Positions 36,215-48,500 of a stretch of DNA of 64,000 nucleotides are shown in pieces. The notes under the pieces were generated by a model. It worked only from the letters and a program-made list of their open reading frames with translations. It did no database searches and was not told the DNA's origin. Numbering within the stretch: position 1 is the first letter of the stretch; each line of letters opens with the position of its first letter. Made by a program: the position numbers and the translations under genes. This DNA is from a virus, in IMG/VR virus record IMGVR_UViG_3300029319_008461, positions 16,845 through 80,844 of that record; one strand, given 5' to 3'.

Positions 36215-38008
36215 ATGCCAAAACGCCCAATAAATTATACAAGCAGAGAATTTGAGACAATCAAAGAATCTCTTGTAAATTATGCAAAACGTTATTATGC
36301 GAATACATTTCAAGATTTCAACGAGGCGTCCTTTGGCGCACTGATGTTAGATTTGGTGGCCTACGTTGGTGATCAATTATCTTTTTACACAGATTACCAA
36401 GCAAACGAAAGCTTTCTAGACACAGCTATAGAATTGTCTAATGTTCAGAGACTAGCAAAGCAACTGGGTTATAAAATGCCTGGGTCCCCAACTTCTACAG
36501 GTGTTTGTAACTTTTATGTTCTTGTTCCGGCAGCAGCCACAACAGGCGGTCCCGACACAAACTACATTCCAATTTTAAAAACAGGAGCTATAGTTAGTGC
36601 TGATGGAGGCGGGGTATTTACTTTAACTCAGGATATAGATTTTACTGATAGCAATAACGCTATAACAGTTGCGAAAGTTGACTCAGATACTGGTGTACCA
36701 ACCGAGTTTGCCATCAAGGGTCAAGGTCAAGTTGTCTCCGGTAGACTACGAGAAGAGGAAATAACTGTTGGAAGCTATCAAAGATTCCTGAGATTGAGAA
36801 TGTCGGCTGATAATGTTTCAGAAATTATATCAGTCGTGGATTCTCAAGGTAATGAATATCATCAGGTAGACTACCTTACTCAAGATATTGTATTGTCAAA
36901 AGAGCCTAACCGAGGAACGAATAGAGATCTTGTTCCATTTATAATGAAAACCAAACCATGTCCAAGAAGGTTCGTAACAGAATTTGATAGCGAAGGAAAT
37001 GCTTTCTTACAGTTTGGGTATGGTTCAGCGGACAATATTACTGGTGACTTGATAGCGAGCCCGGCCGATGTTGTTCTAGATGTTGTCGGGAGAGAGTATG
37101 TATCCGACACTACATTTGACCCCAGTAATTTAATAAAGTCGGATAAGTTTGGGGTTGTACCTGAGGACACAACACTGACGGTAACTTATAGAACAAATGA
37201 AAACACAACAATAAACGCCGCCGCAAGCTCAGTGAATGAAGTGCTCTTATCATCCTTTACGTTTACTAATCGAGACATCTTGACTGACACGTTAGCTCTT
37301 GGGGTCGAGGGGTCACTAGAGGTAGAAAATCCTGAACCAATACTTGGGGACACCGAAGAACTCACGGCGGACGAAGTTAGAATTAGAGCGTATGCAACGT
37401 ATGCCTCACAGAACAGAGCCGTTACTAGAGAGGATTATATAAGTATATGTTACCGTATGCCAGCAGGATTCGGAAAAGTAAAGCGTGTTAACATAATACA
37501 GGACCCTAGATCAACCACAAGAAATCTAAACCTTTATGTTTTGTCTGAGGATTCTAATGGTAATTTTACAGCACCAACAAGTCAACTAAAAACAAATTTA
37601 AAAACCTGGATTGATCGTTATAGAATGATTAATGATAGTGTTGATATATTAGACGGAAAAGTTATAAACTATGGTATACAGTTCGAGGTGGTAGCTGAAA
37701 CTGGAACTAATCGTTTTGAGGTTCTAAACGCCTGTGTAAATAAGTTACAAGAGAAAGTTTTAAACGTCTCTAAAGAACTCGGCGAGCCTGTGTATATCTC
37801 TGAGTTGTTTAAGATGCTGAACAGTGTGCCAGGAGTTGTTGATACAACCGTTGTAAAGTTGATTAATAAAACTGGCGGATCTTACAGTTCTTTTAATTAT
37901 GAGATTGATAAAAACCTATCTCAAGATGGAAGGTTTCTTATAGTCCCCCCTGATGCAGTGGCGGATGTGTTGTTTCCTAACGACGATATAGTTGGAGTTG
38001 TTAAGTAA
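36215..38008 (+). CDS. Baseplate wedge protein, T4 gp6/J-like
   Basis: YTSREFETIKESL...DFNEAS...AYVGDQLSFY...ESFLDTA...LAKQLGYK, LQFG, and QNRAVTREDY. Confidence 0.9.
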   Translation: MPKRPINYTSREFETIKESLVNYAKRYYANTFQDFNEASFGALMLDLVAYVGDQLSFYTDYQANESFLDTAIELSNVQRLAKQLGYKMPGSPTSTGVCNFYVLVPAAATTGGPDTNYIPILKTGAIVSADGGGVFTLTQDIDFTDSNNAITVAKVDSDTGVPTEFAIKGQGQVVSGRLREEEITVGSYQRFLRLRMSADNVSEIISVVDSQGNEYHQVDYLTQDIVLSKEPNRGTNRDLVPFIMKTKPCPRRFVTEFDSEGNAFLQFGYGSADNITGDLIASPADVVLDVVGREYVSDTTFDPSNLIKSDKFGVVPEDTTLTVTYRTNENTTINAAASSVNEVLLSSFTFTNRDILTDTLALGVEGSLEVENPEPILGDTEELTADEVRIRAYATYASQNRAVTREDYISICYRMPAGFGKVKRVNIIQDPRSTTRNLNLYVLSEDSNGNFTAPTSQLKTNLKTWIDRYRMINDSVDILDGKVINYGIQFEVVAETGTNRFEVLNACVNKLQEKVLNVSKELGEPVYISELFKMLNSVPGVVDTTVVKLINKTGGSYSSFNYEIDKNLSQDGRFLIVPPDAVADVLFPNDDIVGVVK

Positions 38009-39516
38009 TGGCTATTAAGAGATACTTTGCGTCGCAAGACAATACCATAACAAATGCCTTCAAGGCCAATCTTAGGACTAGAGGCACAGGGTCAAATATG
38101 GGAGCATCTGATATTCTGGAGGCGTTTGTCATCCATGGGCAAACAACTGCGTCCATAGATGCTGCAAACGCCGAACAAGCTAGAATACTAATACAGTTTC
38201 CTGTGGATTCAATTGTTTCTGATGTTACAAATGGCGTGGTGCCATCCTCTAGTGTTGAGTATAGGTTAAAAATGTTTAATGCACCACACGGTGATTCATT
38301 ACCGTATGAGTATCCACTTAAGGTAGCCGTTGTCAGTGGTAACTTCTGGAGTGAAGGTCGTGGGTTAGACATGAACGAATACACTGACTTTGGTGTATGT
38401 AATTGGATTTCTAGCTCCGAGGGAATAGCTTGGGAACATCAGGGCGGCGATTTTTATAACAGTGCAAGCAGTGGAGATAGGGCTTATTCCTCAAGTTATT
38501 ATTTCTCTGGGGGACTTGAAGATCTTGATGTTGATGTGAGTTTTGCCATAGATCTGTGGCGATCTGACGGTATTGGTACAGCGTCGAATTTTGGGTTTAT
38601 GATAAAGCACGACGACGATATAATTTCAGGAACATCGGGATCGTTTTTCACCAAGAAGTTTTTTGGTAGAACAAGCGAATATTTCTTGAAGAGGCCTTAC
38701 ATCGAGGCAAGGTGGGACGATTCTAGAAAGGATCAAAGAGGTCTTAGTTTCATATCAAGTGCTCTTGCACCGCCTTCTGACAACTTGAATACAGTTTATC
38801 TCTATAATAGAATTCGAGGAACCCTAAAGGACATACCTAGCCTGGTCGGGACAGATCAAATAATATATGTTAGTTTCTTTAGTGGAAGCAATGATGACAT
38901 ACCAACAGGCCATCGTCTGCATGTTTTAGATGCGGCTGGACTAGTACAACAGGAAATAACTGGTGGAATTGTTGTTGAGAATGGTGTTGCCCAAACGGGG
39001 ATTTACAGTTGTTCTTTTGCAATAACAAGCTCTTTGGATACGGTTCACGATGTTTGGCATTCTGGTAGTATAGAATATTTTACTGGTTCGATTAACCTAG
39101 AGGGACTAACAGCGAGTTTTGTTCAGTATGAAACGCAACATATAAGCGACATAACAAATCTCAAGAAGTCTTATGTCCAAGGACAAAAACCAGTTCTTAG
39201 AGTTTATGCAAGAGAGAAAAACTGGAATCCAAATGTGTACAGTGTGGCCGCATCAGAGCCCCCAACTCAAATTATCGAGAATGCTTATTGGAGATTGTTC
39301 AGGGTAGTTGACAATATGGATGTCGTACCTTATGGTACGGGCTCCACTAATCACACTAAAATGTCTTATGATGTTAGTGGTAACTATTTTGAAATTGATA
39401 CCTCGATATTAGATCAGGGCTATGCTTATGGGTTACAGTTTGTTTATCTGCTGAATGGAAACTATGTAGAACAACCAGAGATATTTAAGTTCAAGGTTGA
39501 TGAAGAGCCCGCATGA
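38008..39516 (+). CDS. Putative virion structural protein (beta-rich)
   Basis: TAATG-coupled to the gp6-like gene. Aromatic- and Ser/Gly-rich beta sequence (ARILIQF, NFGFMIK, RPYIEARWDD). Confidence 0.65.
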   Translation: MAIKRYFASQDNTITNAFKANLRTRGTGSNMGASDILEAFVIHGQTTASIDAANAEQARILIQFPVDSIVSDVTNGVVPSSSVEYRLKMFNAPHGDSLPYEYPLKVAVVSGNFWSEGRGLDMNEYTDFGVCNWISSSEGIAWEHQGGDFYNSASSGDRAYSSSYYFSGGLEDLDVDVSFAIDLWRSDGIGTASNFGFMIKHDDDIISGTSGSFFTKKFFGRTSEYFLKRPYIEARWDDSRKDQRGLSFISSALAPPSDNLNTVYLYNRIRGTLKDIPSLVGTDQIIYVSFFSGSNDDIPTGHRLHVLDAAGLVQQEITGGIVVENGVAQTGIYSCSFAITSSLDTVHDVWHSGSIEYFTGSINLEGLTASFVQYETQHISDITNLKKSYVQGQKPVLRVYAREKNWNPNVYSVAASEPPTQIIENAYWRLFRVVDNMDVVPYGTGSTNHTKMSYDVSGNYFEIDTSILDQGYAYGLQFVYLLNGNYVEQPEIFKFKVDEEPA

Positions 39517-42500
39517 GCATAAAAAAGTTATTTGAAAATAATAAGCAAGGAAACTCTGTAGGGAAATATCTCAAGAGTAGTGCAGTAGCGTCTTTAAGTG
39601 GCGGCATTGAATCTTCGCAACACCTGAGTGAGACTCTAAGAAGGCAGCAAGAATTCACAGCGCCACTAGATTACGGTGATCCAGATGAGTTTGCAAAATA
39701 TGGCTCAGCCGAAAAATATTACGAGAATAGTTTTAATTATATCTTACAAAATTATCCTTACGATGGCTCTGGGTTTGAGAAAGAAAAATTTTATAACGAT
39801 TTAAATCCACTAGAAAAGTTTATCTTCAATGAGAGATATCCAAAGAGCACCGGGTTTGCATCTATCGGGACAAATTATGGCACTGCGGTATCTCACAGTT
39901 CTCATTATTTCTCGTCTCCAAAGACAGAGTTTATTCAGGTAAAGGGTGGGCCTCATTCAGGTACTTTGTTCGCATCAAACTTTAGGCAAAACAATCTTGA
40001 GTTTGGTGGACCGAGTGGATCGACAGTAGAATTTTTCCTTTCTAAGTCTGATATACCTGGCGGCGGAGAGGTGGTTACAACCCAATCACCAAGGCAGGTT
40101 ATATTTGACTTGTGGAACGGTGTGTCTACAGGCTCAGTAGACGATGACGAAACAAACGGCTGCTATGGTAACTTGAGAATTGAGCTTTCAAAAAGCTTAG
40201 AAGATAGATTTTTGGTTACGATGTTGTCGGGCACAAAAGGATATGTAACTCAATCTATTCCAACGACTGGCGGTGTTGGGAATTATATTACAGGTAGCGG
40301 ATTTAATCACTTTGCTTTCGTATTTAATACTTCGGAAAGTTCTCCTACAATAGATTTTTATATCAATGGGGTGTGTCATGAAACAGGGATCTCTCCCACG
40401 GGACACCAAGCAGGACAAATAAGCCTAGTAACCGGCTCGTTGGTAGCTAATATTGGTGCGCTTAGAGTTGCACCATCTGGCGTATCTGATACAAACTCAA
40501 TGGAAGGACGTGGTAAGCTATCCGGAACTCTTGATGAGTTTAGGTTTTGGCGAACCGCCAGGTCCGGCGAAGATGTGGGGAGAAACTGGTTTACGCATGT
40601 TAATGGCGGGGCCGACAAGCAGGATGCCAACTCTGCTCTTGGTATGTATTTTAAGTTTAACGAAGGGATCACAGGGACAAGCAGTGTCGATAGCGTTGTT
40701 CTAGATTATTCAGGCAGAATATCGAATGGCTCTTGGACCGGGTACGCTGCTGGCGCAAGAGACACTGGGTCAGCTATAACACAACAGGCACTAACACAGT
40801 CTGTTGCTGGAAGAACAGAATTAGAAGATCCAATAGTAATCCCATCGGCCTCGGTATTAACTACTAGAAGAGATGAGTTGAAAGAAATAGGTGAGTATCA
40901 CGACTCAAAAAACCCATCCTTTATCCTCAATTCCTTTCCTGATTGGATAGTTCAAGAGGACTCAGAATTTGGTAACGAACTAAGAAATTCAACCCAAATA
41001 ATTTCAACTTACTTTGACACGCTGTATTCGCAAATATCACACTTAACCAAGATAAAGTCGATGGATTACCTTAGTGGTAGTGCAACTGGCAGCGTATTTG
41101 AGTTTCCTCACAATGATCGTCTGGTTGAACAATTAGGGGTTGAAGCTCCAGAATTGTTTGAGAACGCTGATTTGTTGTCTCAGTTCTTGAAAAGAGGCGA
41201 AGACATAAACTTTAAATATGACTTGAGCACGATCAAGAATACGATTTACAAAAACATATACAACAACTTAAATCATATTTTAAAATCTAAGGGTAACGAA
41301 AAGGCCATAAGAAACTTAGTCAGATGTTTTGGTGTGGATGAGGAAATTATAAAGGTCAATATATATTCCGACAACTCCACATACAAACTAGACAACAATT
41401 ATAGGTCAGACACAAGTAACAAAAAATATGCTGATTTCACAGGTTTGCTGGATCAAGAATCATCAAATGCAACCGTCTATCAGTACCCTAACTCAGACCT
41501 TCCGGAATCATACGGTGTAATAAGCGGTAGCAGTGGAAGCCTTAGTTTGATAGAATATGGATTTACTGCCCAGTGTGAGTTTGTATTTCCTAATAGAAAA
41601 GAGGTAGACACCCTAACGCACACACCACTACAGGTTGTGACATCATCACTTTTTGGTTGGCACACGCCACGGGGTGAGCACAAGTTGTTGTCCTCTTCCA
41701 CGGACACAAGTTGGCACTATCCTAATGCGGACTCCGGGTTACAAGTTGTTGCTATCAAATCAGCGTCCCAGATGGCCGAGATTATATCACCAACACATCG
41801 AGTTAAAGATGTTTTCTTTAAAGTTCTAGACAGGCACAACAATGAGTTAATTGTTTCGGATGTTTTTAGAAATGTTTATGAAAACAAAAAATGGAACATC
41901 GCTTTATCTGTGCATCCTAAGAGGTTCCCGTTTGCGCAAACATCAGGAGCAAATGCAAATGTTCATGATGGATATGACATTGATTTTTACGCTGTTAATT
42001 ACGATTCCGGTATTAGACAGGAGAGTTTCTTTAAGACAGGATCATTGACATATAAATCGGGATCTGATATAGTTTCTGCTGCAAAAAGATATTATGTTGG
42101 AGCACATAGAACAGACTTTACGGGCACAGTGTTAACATCTAGTGATGTGCGTGCGTCTAGTTTCCGTTATTGGACTGATGTGCTACCAACGGGTGCTATT
42201 GATATGCACGCAAGAAGCGCAGATAATTACGGGACACTAAATCCAACTAGACAAGCATACACTTTCCAAAGCAAAAACCCAGGTGTTTATATCCCCCAGG
42301 CAGACACACTTGCCGTTCATTGGGATTTTGCTGACGTAACGGGTAGTGATGCTTCGGGAAGATTTAACGTTAATGATTTTTCATCTGGGTCTTTAGACTC
42401 AGGTAGTGGTGGTGATTTATTCCATGAATCGCCACAGCACATAAATTCAAGACAGCACACAGGACGAGGTGACTTTTTCCCGGCCTCGGATAAGCCCATC

Positions 42501-45500
42501 CGCAAGGAACTTCTTTACACAGACAAACTAGAGCTACCAGAGTATGCCGTTAGTAGCGATATGGTTAAGATAAAAAATATTGATGATGCAGCATATGCAC
42601 CAATGTTAAGACCAGAGCGATTATTTTATGCGGTAGAGAAAAGCATGTATCGAGGTATATCTGAGCGTATGCTTCAATTATTTGCCTCGGTTGAAGAGTT
42701 GAATAACCTTATTGGCGATCCTGTTAATAGGTACAGACCAAACTACAAGTCGATGGAAAAGCTTCGACAAATCTTTTTCTCAAAGGTTGGAAACACTCCA
42801 GATCTACAAAAGTACCTTGACTATTATCAGTGGCTAGACTCTGCACTGGGTCAAATGTTGGAGCAGATGTTCCCAGCTTCGGCCAAAGTTGCACCTGGTG
42901 TAAGAAATATAATTGAATCCCACCTACTCGAAAGGAACAAGTTTAATTATACCTTTATGGGTAACCGTAAAAAGTCAACCCGCCAATCAGTAGTTTCAAA
43001 TCCAGCCTCGGAAGAAATTGTTATTTCTAACGCTGAGCCTGGTGGTGTTGCCAATAATCAGGTGGTGCAAGAAGAAGATCCACCGCCAGAAAGACGCCCT
43101 GATGCAGCTAGGCCAACCAATCCACCACCAGCCATTACGGAACCAAAAGGACTTACAATATCTAACAACAACGGTGCAGGTCAAGTTGCAATACCGTATG
43201 ACAAGAAAAAAGCACCTCTGCCAGAATCGCCCCCACCAGAAAATAGAAATCGCTGGTGGTGGATGACCCGTGCCGAAAGAAACACGGTTACAATTTCACA
43301 ATCTAATCCTGGAGTTATGGCAAGTCGAGAGGCAATTTTTAGACAAGCAAAGTCTTACTATGCTCCTAATAGATTAGTAAACATCGGTGCTTTTTTACCG
43401 CAAGAAAATAAACCAACAAACCAAGGTATTGGAAACGTAAAAGAGAGCAAAACAGAAGTTGCTGTTGCCAAAGTTAAATTTGGTGATCTTAAGTTAGATG
43501 AGGACGTCAAAGATGAAATAGTTCCTAATGTCAAGAAGCAAAGGAAAGTGCGAGCCTCTGTAGACGGCGAAGATGTTAAAGGTCAGACTGTCTTACCATT
43601 TACGCCTGTGAGTTCTACCGTTAGCTCTGGGTACCAAAAACAACTACAAGATGCAGGATTGACAAATGTTGACCTGGCTAACCTACATGTTCGCCCAGTG
43701 GCGGCACAGACACCATTCACTTTGGCCCACGTTGGTGGACAACAAGCACGCTCTGCTCCGGTTGGTGCAAAACTGAACCAATCAGATAATGTTAGAAAAG
43801 AATCATATCAATTAGAAATAGCCTCTGCTGCCGGCGAGTTTGATGAAACGCCAGCTAAGACACCTAAAGGTCAGTATAAACGTGGGTCAGGAGCATCTAG
43901 ACCTGTTAATGTAGCAAACATACAGACACTTACAACTGATATTGCGCCAGAGGGCGGTGTTAGGGTTCTCGGTAACTTCTCTAAGTTTTACGAAGTATTA
44001 AACACTTCAAACCGTGCTGCTACTAATATGGATCTGGCCTTTAACCCTGATGCTTATCATACTTCTTCTTTGTTGTTGCAAAGCGGTACAATGCCATCCG
44101 CATTTTTGACAGATGTTCCAAGAAGAAATCAGGGGTTAACAGGCTCCGCTGAGTTTACGGCTCCGAGACAAAGATCGGGAGTCAGAACAAACAATACGAT
44201 CATAGCCGACAGATTCTCTGCTCCGGGCAGCAAAGAGGACTCCAAGCAATTATTTAGAGACAGAACTTCTGATCAGTTTTCTCCGAACAATGCGTTACCG
44301 TTTAGAAACATAAAAGTTAGACAGCGATTTAACACGCTTCTTAGAAGACACACCGGCTTCGGTGGGTTTCAAACTTCATCTTTGGTCACACTTTTAGACA
44401 GGTATGACTCCATAGACTTAGGAGCCTTCAATGACGGCATAGTAATACCATCAGGTGGTCTGCCTGCGGTTCACGGTGATCCACTTTCCATTCACACAGC
44501 TTCTCTAGTGGCAGTACACAAAACACAAAGAAATGGCATACTAAGACCAGAACTAGTCTCTGGCAATCTTAACTCACCGTTGGTGCCAATTATGACCACA
44601 GGTGCAGTTCGAGATAATGCCTTTGTGACAAGACCAATACCTGCGGGTGACAGATATGCTTGGTTTATGGCCTTGTCCCACTCTCAAGCAACCCCAGGCG
44701 ATCACCCTGGTCAAAATGTTGGTGACAACTTTCACAACTTCATTTTGTCTTCCTCAAGGTTCCCAGAGGATATCACGCTATACACCTCGTCGCTAGCACA
44801 TTCAGAAAAAAATCGTTTGTACCCCGGTAGTTTTGTTGTTCAAGCGAACGGAGTCTTCAGTAACTCTGGAGGTGGTTTTACTTATATATGGGAAAGAAAT
44901 GGCGCTGGGTTGTGGGCACCCTGGACTCAGACTCGTTATGGTCAGTTTACTACAAAGGGTATGTTTAACTCTAAGCAGAACTTTTATCTCATCGACGCCG
45001 CTAACATAACCACGAAGGCCGAGTCCGTTGATCAGATTACAGGTAAAAAATTAATTGCTACTGAAAAAGGCGAGACTGTAAAAGATTTTCAAAAATCAAT
45101 TGTGCAAGATCAAGACAACGCCCTGCAAATTTTCCAAGGGGGTGGGGGTAATATTCTTACACACCATATCTCAAAGAGATATAAAGAGCCACCGCTTACA
45201 TCGAGATATAAGCCATTAGTGCATCACATAAAAACCAGGAGAGGAACACCAGCGTTAACAGAGAAAAAGTCTGTTGATGTTTCCGTTAAGTATTCTTATG
45301 GTAATGAGTTGCAGGGTTTTGCTAATAGAGGGCTTAATATAGATCTTGGGAACAAGCAAGATTTTAAACTAGGGCAACTAAAAAGGCCTTACGAAGTGTT
45401 TAGAGATACATTTGTGGACGGAGTTGACCCATCGGTTGACGGCGTTGAACTCATAAAGCTGATGAGTTATAAAGAAACAATTTATCCGAAAGAGATTTAT

Positions 45501-48500
45501 ACTTACCTGTCCGCTACTAGAGCAAGAAATTTTTACAGAAATAGTTTCTGGAAGGCAGACATAGCAACAGGATCTGCTCAGGAACTTATAGCTCGAAACA
45601 TAACAGAAATGTCAGGATTGATACATGATGCTAACATAGAAGATTTTAATAACTTTTGGGAAAGAAGCGTTACTGATGAAGGTGCAGGTCGTGGCTTCTC
45701 TTCATCCTTTGACTATTTTGTTAAAATGGACGAGCAGTTTCCAGTAGCATTATTCCAGGGTGACACCTCCGGTAATGTTGGTTATCTTCCTCGTCCAAAA
45801 TTCACACCGTATGTTGATGGTGAAGGCAATCGTGCTGAGGGTACCGGATCGAAATGGCCATTAGACTCATTTTATTACTCAGAATTTTCTGGAACTTTAT
45901 TTACCTCGTCGTTTACCGGCAGCGACCCGATCCTCACCGACGCCGGCACTAATCTTCTGTTTTGTATGGCCTCAACCTTGCCGGCGGGTGAATTGATGAT
46001 GCCACATTATGGTATTGTTATGAGTGGTAACGCAGTCAACAGTGGCTCGGAGCAAGGCGGGGTTAGGTTTAATACCTCAAGCCTTAACTCTCCTCAGTAT
46101 GTTTACACCGTGCCAACTGAAAAAATTAGAACAACTGATTTGGCCAATGGGAAAGCAGTGTTTATTGCAGAAGCTCAAGCTGTGGCTGGTCCGGTAACTA
46201 GACCACCTTGGACTGCGGCAAGAAGAAGAAAATTTGTTGATGGGCCAAAGAAAAATACACTTGCACCTGCAAGATATCCGTGGTATAATAGTTACGAAGA
46301 CTGGCAACAAGAACTAAGAAATCTAGGAAAAGATTACACAATTATTCCAGAGTATAGAATTAGTGAGCTTATGCCAACTTACAAAGAGCTTGGTAATTTT
46401 GGTGCGGTTCTATCGGGGGCTCTTAGTGTTACTGGTGCTACCAATGATACAGGTTCACAAACAGCATTTAATAGTGCTGATAGAGAATTTTTGCCAAGGT
46501 ATGCGACATCAGATGCTGCGGAATACCTAAAAACATTTATGAAAGCGGGATCTAAGGATGCAGAGTTTAATAAGAGCCCAAGACACCTAGAGGTCAAGTC
46601 TGAAGCGTTATTGAAACTGCTTCCTTACGAGGGATTTTATCCTGTTCTTAGAACACTGGAATTAGCTAGGTTATTCTCGCAGTCCTATGCCCCTGTGATT
46701 GAATACTCTGGTGAGGACAACCTAGTAGCGCCAGCCGGTGGATTCTATCCAAGCTTTAAAACACTTGAACCCCCGAGTCCAGACGAATCCTCTCCTTTGC
46801 AACCTAGAGCTTTTAGGGCCATATCCCGTCCATTTTTTGCGCCAGGTATTGTTTATAACTCTATTAAAGCTGGTGTCGGTGTTCAGTATCCAATACTTCG
46901 TAAAGGCATGGCTGCTCTCAGTCCAAGTTCTATACAAGATCCATTAGACGGACACTTCAGTGCATCAATATTTTTCTCTCTTGCTACCGGCGATTTAAAC
47001 GTTTCTGGTTCACCAGAAACTGCAATTACTTTGCCTGGTGGTCGCAGAAGAAGAAAAGAGGGTACTGCTGAGAATTTTGATTTCTTTAAGCTTGATGAAG
47101 GTGTTGTAGGCGATCAGTTGAAAGACGGTAGCCGAGGAGCCCCTCACCGAATGTTCTATTCTGATGTTGTTCCTTTCGAGGGCATCTTTAAGCCGATGGA
47201 GCACATATCAATGGACAAGCGAGGTGTTGTTTTAGCCGATATAAATCCTGTGCTTTTTCAGCAAATCACAGCATCAGTGCCAACAAGCGGTGCCCTTGTA
47301 TCATTCCTGCGTCACCCAGAAGGAGAGGGAGATCTTGAAACGGTTACGGAGTTTTTCAAATTTGATGATGATTTGTATCGTCTTGGTATGTCAAACTTTA
47401 TGGCAAATATTCCACGATTCTTTTTGAAAAAACAAAAAGACGGCGGCTTTATGTCTAAATTTATTGCAGAGATCCCAGCAAAAGCACCAGCAGATAATCC
47501 GGCCGGCGCTGCGGCTGCACAACAAAATGAAGCAAGAACTGTTACAGTGTCTAAAGACAAGGCTTATATAATGGAAATTGGTATGAAGCAAACCGATAGG
47601 CATATGATGTACAGCAACCCAGCGGCTTTCGGTCCTGCTACTGCTACAGGCTCCTTTGACTGGAACGAGATGTTGGCTGGTGGTCACGATGCTTCAGCCG
47701 CTAAGGCAGTGGATTTTGGCACAAGAGCTACTGCAACTCTTGAGATTAATACCTTTGACGAAAATCAGCTTGATGGTAAATTTATTGGAATAACAGGATC
47801 GTCCGATCCTTTGGGCGTAACAACTAGAGTGTCCTTTGCGTTTGATAAAAGTGTTGCAGGAAGTTCTCCAGCTAGGTCTAGTGCTACAGAATATGTGATC
47901 GGTGCTCAGAGCCCTGCTGATGCTGTAGCTGTGGGCAATGCGATTAAAGCCGCTTTAGATTTAGCGAGCACTAACAATGATCTCAAGATAATATCCTCCG
48001 TCAATCTTTCAACTGGTGACGTTACTATAACTCAAGACCTGTTTACAGATCGTTTCAACGGGGATGAAATAGTTGGCTCTGCTGTTGAACCGCCTAACCC
48101 TGGGGTGGGTGTTACAGTAGCAGGTCCATTTGCTGGTGGTCGTATTGCTCCGCTTTATACCGCAGCGACAGCGGAGCAAACTGGCGGAGTTCCACAAGGA
48201 AGAGATTGGCCGTACTCTAGAGCGGAATTTGCACCGTATACACCAACATACTTCTATGGTCCAAGTGTAGTAAGAATAACCTATGTTCCGAGAAAATCTG
48301 GAGAGGTTACACTAAGAGATATTCTAAGTGGAGAGGATTTGTTTGTTGAGTATAACAACGAGAATGGATATTATTACGATTTTGACTCTGGGTCCTTTAT
48401 TGGAGTAAACGAGCAGATATTGAGTCTTGATGGTGTACCGGCATATGGTTTTAATCGTGCTTGGCAAAACAGACAGGATCTAGATGCGTCTTTGGTTATT

